DNA of 64,000 nt from an uncultured Chthonomonadaceae bacterium. Its GTDB lineage: Bacteria > Armatimonadota > Chthonomonadetes > Chthonomonadales > Chthonomonadaceae. A model generated the notes under the pieces. The model was not told where the DNA came from. It searched no databases and was given only the letters and a program-made list of their open reading frames with translations. The stretch lies in NCBI GenBank assembly GCA_963817895.1, contig CAWFQB010000002.1, positions 448,001-512,000 of the forward strand. The letters are read 5' to 3'. Shown piece after piece: positions 60,211-64,000 of this stretch; the first letter of the stretch is position 1; each line of letters starts with the position of its first letter. The position numbers and the translations under genes are program-made.

Positions 60211-60260
60211 CCCCTCTCCTGGCGACGAAGGAGCGACCAGGAGAGGGGTTGGGGTGAGGT
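60211..60260. repeat. CCCCTCTCC...GGAGAGGGGTTGGGGTGAGG palindromic repeat
   Basis: Matches 46573-46620 with a different loop. Confidence 0.75.
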
Positions 60261-60263
60261 AAT

Positions 60264-61526
60264 CTATGGCAATCGAACCTGTTTGCGGGTGGAAAGAGAT
60301 TTGCCGTTTTCATCCGTCTGGAATGGCCCTTTGCTGTACAGGTCGTAACCCGTTCCTGTGATCTGGTATGCCATGCTGTCGCCCGTAAAAGGATCGTCCG
60401 TCAGATGCCCGACATGCAGGTCGGCGAGGCTTTTGGGCCAGAAATTGTGTTCCCATTTGTAGCGGCGAATGGCGGCATGGACGCCGAGCAATCGCATCAT
60501 CGCCTGCGTCTGATCGTACTTGTCGCTCACCTGATGAAGCGTGGGCGTGAGCAGTTCCACCAATTTGCCGCCCGGCGTCTTGTCTTTGAATTCCTGAAGC
60601 GGCTTGCGCTCTTTGACGGGAAGTTTCAAATTAGCGATAGCGCTGTCACAATACGCGGTCATCAGGATACGAGCGCGGTCAATGATGGGACTTATATCCT
60701 GCGGATGTGTTTTCAGATGCGCCATCAACGCCTGCGTGTCCGCGTCCGGGGCTTCATCATCCGAATTCGATTGACTGACGATCTGTTCCAGCCTTCTGGC
60801 ATCGTTGCGCATGGTATCGAGCATACGCAATGCCAGCTGTTTTTCGCCCGCGAACACCTGAATGGAGGGCGAAGGGGCATCCAGCCACTCCTCCACAAAG
60901 CACTGCAAATGGCTGCACTGATACTCCGACAGTTGATTGAGATGCGCGGCAAAACTTTTCAGGACAACGGCTTGCATCGCCACGCCGACAAGCCCGCTGA
61001 TGAGCGTGTCCGACTGCATCCGGTAGCCGAAGCGCAGGCCATCGCTCATCGCCTCCATCGCGGCGTCAACGCGCCCGTCCGCGAAGCACACGTAGATTTG
61101 TATACCGAGCAGGCGAGCCACCTTGCGAAATTCGCTGTATTCGGGAAAAGCCGTATTCTCGTCTATGTTGACATGCGGCGAATGGACGGGTTTGTCGAGG
61201 CTATGACGCAGCAGTTGCAGTGTCTGCTGAATGGTCGTCTCGGCAAGCAGGCGGCGTTTCAGCGTCAGCGACGCGCCCTGTTCGGATGCGGCATCCACCA
61301 TCTTGTTGTTTTGGATCAGGTCGCCCGCCTGTACCCAATCCTCGTAGGCGTTGGTGTGCGTTTGTGTTTTGAACAGGAGGGGAAAAGACGGGGGCCTGGG
61401 CGGTTCCGGCTCGTCCTGCGCCCGCGCCACACCGCACAACAGGCACAACGCCCCCGCGCTCCACAACGCCGCCAACGGTTTGTGGAAACGCGGCAAAAAT
61501 CCACATGCTTGCTGATGTCCTCGCAT
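60264..61526 (-). CDS. Secreted hypothetical protein, paralog 1 (pseudopilin-like C-terminal motif)
   Basis: Signal peptide ARA-Q; NAYEDW; LISGLVG.A; IRRYKWEHN.WP.SLADL...DPFTG....Y.....YDLYS.GP. Confidence 0.75.
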   Translation of the reverse strand: MRGHQQACGFLPRFHKPLAALWSAGALCLLCGVARAQDEPEPPRPPSFPLLFKTQTHTNAYEDWVQAGDLIQNNKMVDAASEQGASLTLKRRLLAETTIQQTLQLLRHSLDKPVHSPHVNIDENTAFPEYSEFRKVARLLGIQIYVCFADGRVDAAMEAMSDGLRFGYRMQSDTLISGLVGVAMQAVVLKSFAAHLNQLSEYQCSHLQCFVEEWLDAPSPSIQVFAGEKQLALRMLDTMRNDARRLEQIVSQSNSDDEAPDADTQALMAHLKTHPQDISPIIDRARILMTAYCDSAIANLKLPVKERKPLQEFKDKTPGGKLVELLTPTLHQVSDKYDQTQAMMRLLGVHAAIRRYKWEHNFWPKSLADLHVGHLTDDPFTGDSMAYQITGTGYDLYSKGPFQTDENGKSLSTRKQVRLP

Positions 61527-61555
61527 CCGCCTCTCTCCTTATCGTAAGTGTCTGG

Positions 61556-61637
61556 CCCTCACCCCAACCCCTCTCCCAAAGTTGGGAGAGGGCTAATAAT
61601 TTTAGCCAACCCTTCTCCCAACTTTGGGAGAGGGGCT
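61556..61637. repeat. CCCTCACCCCAACCCCTCTCCC repeat doublet
   Basis: ccctcaccccaacccctctcccaaagttgggagagggct ... ccttctcccaactttgggagaggggct. Confidence 0.7.
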
Positions 61638-61692
61638 AATGATCTTGTGAGCGAGTATCAAGAGTTATTGTTTTCGTGAATATTTGCGCCTG

Positions 61693-62918
61693 TCACAATC
61701 TTATGGGTCGGGTGGGCATCGAAGGCGCTCTGCCCTGCGAATCGCGCTCCACCTCTCCGAAACTGCTCAGGTCGTAGGTGTCGCCGTCGCGCCTGTACAG
61801 GAAACCGTTGCCAGTGAAGGGGTCGGTATTCAGCGCGCCGATGTGCAGGTCGGCAAGGCTGTCCGGCAACCGGTTATATTCCCAACGGTAGCGATGCAGG
61901 GCGGCATGGACGCACAACAGGCGAAATGTCGCGTCCCGCCGGTTATACCTGGATATTGTATAGTTAAAAGAGGGGTCAAGGACAGTGAACAGCTTGCCGC
62001 CGAGCGTTGTCGTTTCTACTTCATGAAGGGGATTGCGCTCTTTGAGGGGCAGTTTCAGGCCGGCAAGGACGCTTTCATACCGGATGCCAATCAGCGTTTT
62101 GGCTTCGTCCAGAGCCGGACCGATGTCGCCGGGGCGGGATTGCAAACGTTCAAGCAAGGCCTGCGCCTCCGGGTGCAGGTCTTCATCGTCAGGATAGCGC
62201 TGGACAACGCTCAACGCTAACGCTTTTACATCGTTGCGCTTCGCGTCCAAATCCTGTAACGCCTCCTGTTTTTGTCTGGCGAGGACTGCGCCTATCGGCG
62301 AGGGCAACTCGAGCCAAGCTTCCATCATACGCTGCAGTCGGCGGCAGTGGTATTCCGAGAGTTGATCCAGATGACGGGCAAAACTTTTCACCACAATGGC
62401 TTCTATCGCGACGCCGACAAACCCGCTTAACGACGCGCCGGATTGCAGGCGGGAACTGAAGCGCAGGCCGTCGTTCAGCATTTCCAGCGCGGCGTCAATG
62501 CGCCCATCCGCGAAATACACCTGAATTTGCGTACCCATCAGCCGCGCCAGTTTACGGAATTCGGCATACGCGGGCCAAAGCCCTCCCCCTCTTGCGGGCT
62601 GCTCGGAACCTGCGCGGGCTTGTCCAGACTGGTATGCAGCCGCAGCAGCGCCTGCTGCACAATCGGATCATTGCAAAGTTGGCGTTTGAGCGCGAGCGGC
62701 GCGTCCGGTTCCAGCATCGCGTCCGCCAATCGGTTGTTTTGCACCAGATCACCCGCGTACACCCAATCCTCGTAAGCGTTCAGGCCAACAGGGTTTTGGA
62801 ACAGCGTGGGAAATACGGGCGGCTTGGGCGGCTCCGGCTGGTCCTGCGCCCGCGCCACGCCACACAGCAGGCACAAGGCTCCCATGCCCAGCAAAATTTT
62901 TGACAGCGCGTTCCTCAT
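61693..62918 (-). CDS. Secreted hypothetical protein, paralog 2; frameshift near 62540
   Basis: ORFs 62538-62927 and 61693-62538 together align end to end with paralog 1. Confidence 0.75.
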
Positions 62919-63052
62919 GGTAATCATTTAATCCTGTAAATCATGGTTCAAGACAGGGTGAGATGTTGATTTTTGACGAGTCTTTGCAGGGGCCGGTTTC
63001 AGCAGATGTGGCGCAATTTTGCGTTGTGGAACTATTTTTGACGCTTTGGAGA

Positions 63053-64000
63053 TTACAGGCGCACAGGCCGGGGAGGGGGCGAGTCGGAACGTTTCGTAAC
63101 GCCTGCCGACATTGGCCCGAAACTGCTCAGGTCGTAGGCGTCGCCCTCGCGCTTATATAAAAATCCCTCGCCGGTAAACGGGTCGGTATTGAGCGCGCCG
63201 ATATGCAGTTCCGCCAGCGTATCCGGCAAGCGGTTGTGTTCCCATCGGTAGCGGTGAATGGCGGCATGAACGCCGAACAGCCGTATTTTCGCTTCGAGCG
63301 CATCATAAGCATTCGCGCTATAACTGATTTCGGTTTCCGACATCATGATAGCTAACAGCTTACATTCCGGCGAATCGCCTCCTGGAAAGGGAGGCTGGAT
63401 GCGCCTGGAAATGGGCAAACTCAAATTGGCAATCGCGGTGTCGTAATATTTCGCGGCAAGCAATGCGGCGCGGCGCATCATGTCGGCAAGGCCTTCGGGG
63501 TGTTGCAGGGCGTATGGCCGGATCGTGTCCAATCCATCTCCCTCCGCGCCTGTGGGATTCGTCAGGCTTGCCTTGAGGACAGTGAGCAGCGCGTCCGGGT
63601 CAATTCGCCGGTTGTCCAGGCGATGCAGTATATCCCGCTCCCTTTCAATAAGCATGGTTGCGGCGAACGAAGGGGTTTGCAGCCATGCTTCCGCGATATG
63701 CTGTACGCGGCGGCACTGGTACTCCGACAACTGATCCAGATGCGCGGCAATCGCGCTCAATACCAGCATCTCGCTGACAATGCCCGACTGCCCGCCAATG
63801 AACGTTTCGCCCTGTATGCGCTGCCCGAATTGCAGCCCTTCAGCCAGCGAGTCTACACGCGCCTTCCACATTGCCATCCGCGCAGCGAACATGGATTTCT
63901 AAAGCAAGCAAACGCGCCAGATCGCGCAGAGCGCCCAGTTCCGGGTAGGGTCTGCCCGCATCCAAATTGCGCCGGGACATTTGTACGGACTTGTTCAAAC
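63053..64000 (-). CDS. Secreted hypothetical protein, paralog 3 (5' end outside window; frameshift near 63890)
   Basis: HLDQLSEYQC and HAAIHRYRWEHNRLPDTLAELHIGALNTDPFTG, shared with paralogs 1 and 2. Confidence 0.75.

Noticed and set aside
61750..63300. Similar 3' ends of the paralogs as a DGR template/variable repeat pair
   Set aside because: Both copies are inside coding paralogs, differences are not confined to adenines, and no reverse transcriptase is in the window.

Overview
GC-rich bacterial chromosomal window. The gene mix (LptF/G, MlaDEF, futalosine-pathway mqnC, DUF4446, rplI-dnaB, sigma-54 promoter) suggests Armatimonadota or a similar lineage; this is inference only. Main contents: (1) a Wzy-type exopolysaccharide operon (1-9369, minus) behind a consensus sigma-54 promoter, with a WecG-STAS fusion, a GH44 hydrolase and a 44-aa coupled membrane peptide; (2) an ECF sigma/anti-sigma pair; (3) assorted enzymes and transporters; (4) DinG followed by a two-gene P-loop ATPase + STAND(NB-ARC)-TPR module with an AT-rich C-terminal segment, a candidate NLR-like defence or conflict system; (5) an rsmI-tgt operon ending in an ArmA/Rmt-family 16S rRNA methyltransferase; (6) a HAMP-GGDEF-HD-GYP signalling locus; (7) dnaB with a LAGLIDADG intein; (8) mlaEFD; (9) three tandem paralogous secreted proteins. 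The strongest non-coding signal is a set of about 17 elements, each with two inverted arms of tandem 7-9-nt units around a unique spacer. They use about ten unrelated unit sequences, often start at stop codons, and sometimes lie inside coding sequence. Several REP-like palindrome families and a probable MITE are also present. About 15 genes carry 1-2-nt frameshifts, which most likely reflect assembly indel errors, so split ORFs are reported as single genes. No rRNA, tRNA or CRISPR array was seen.
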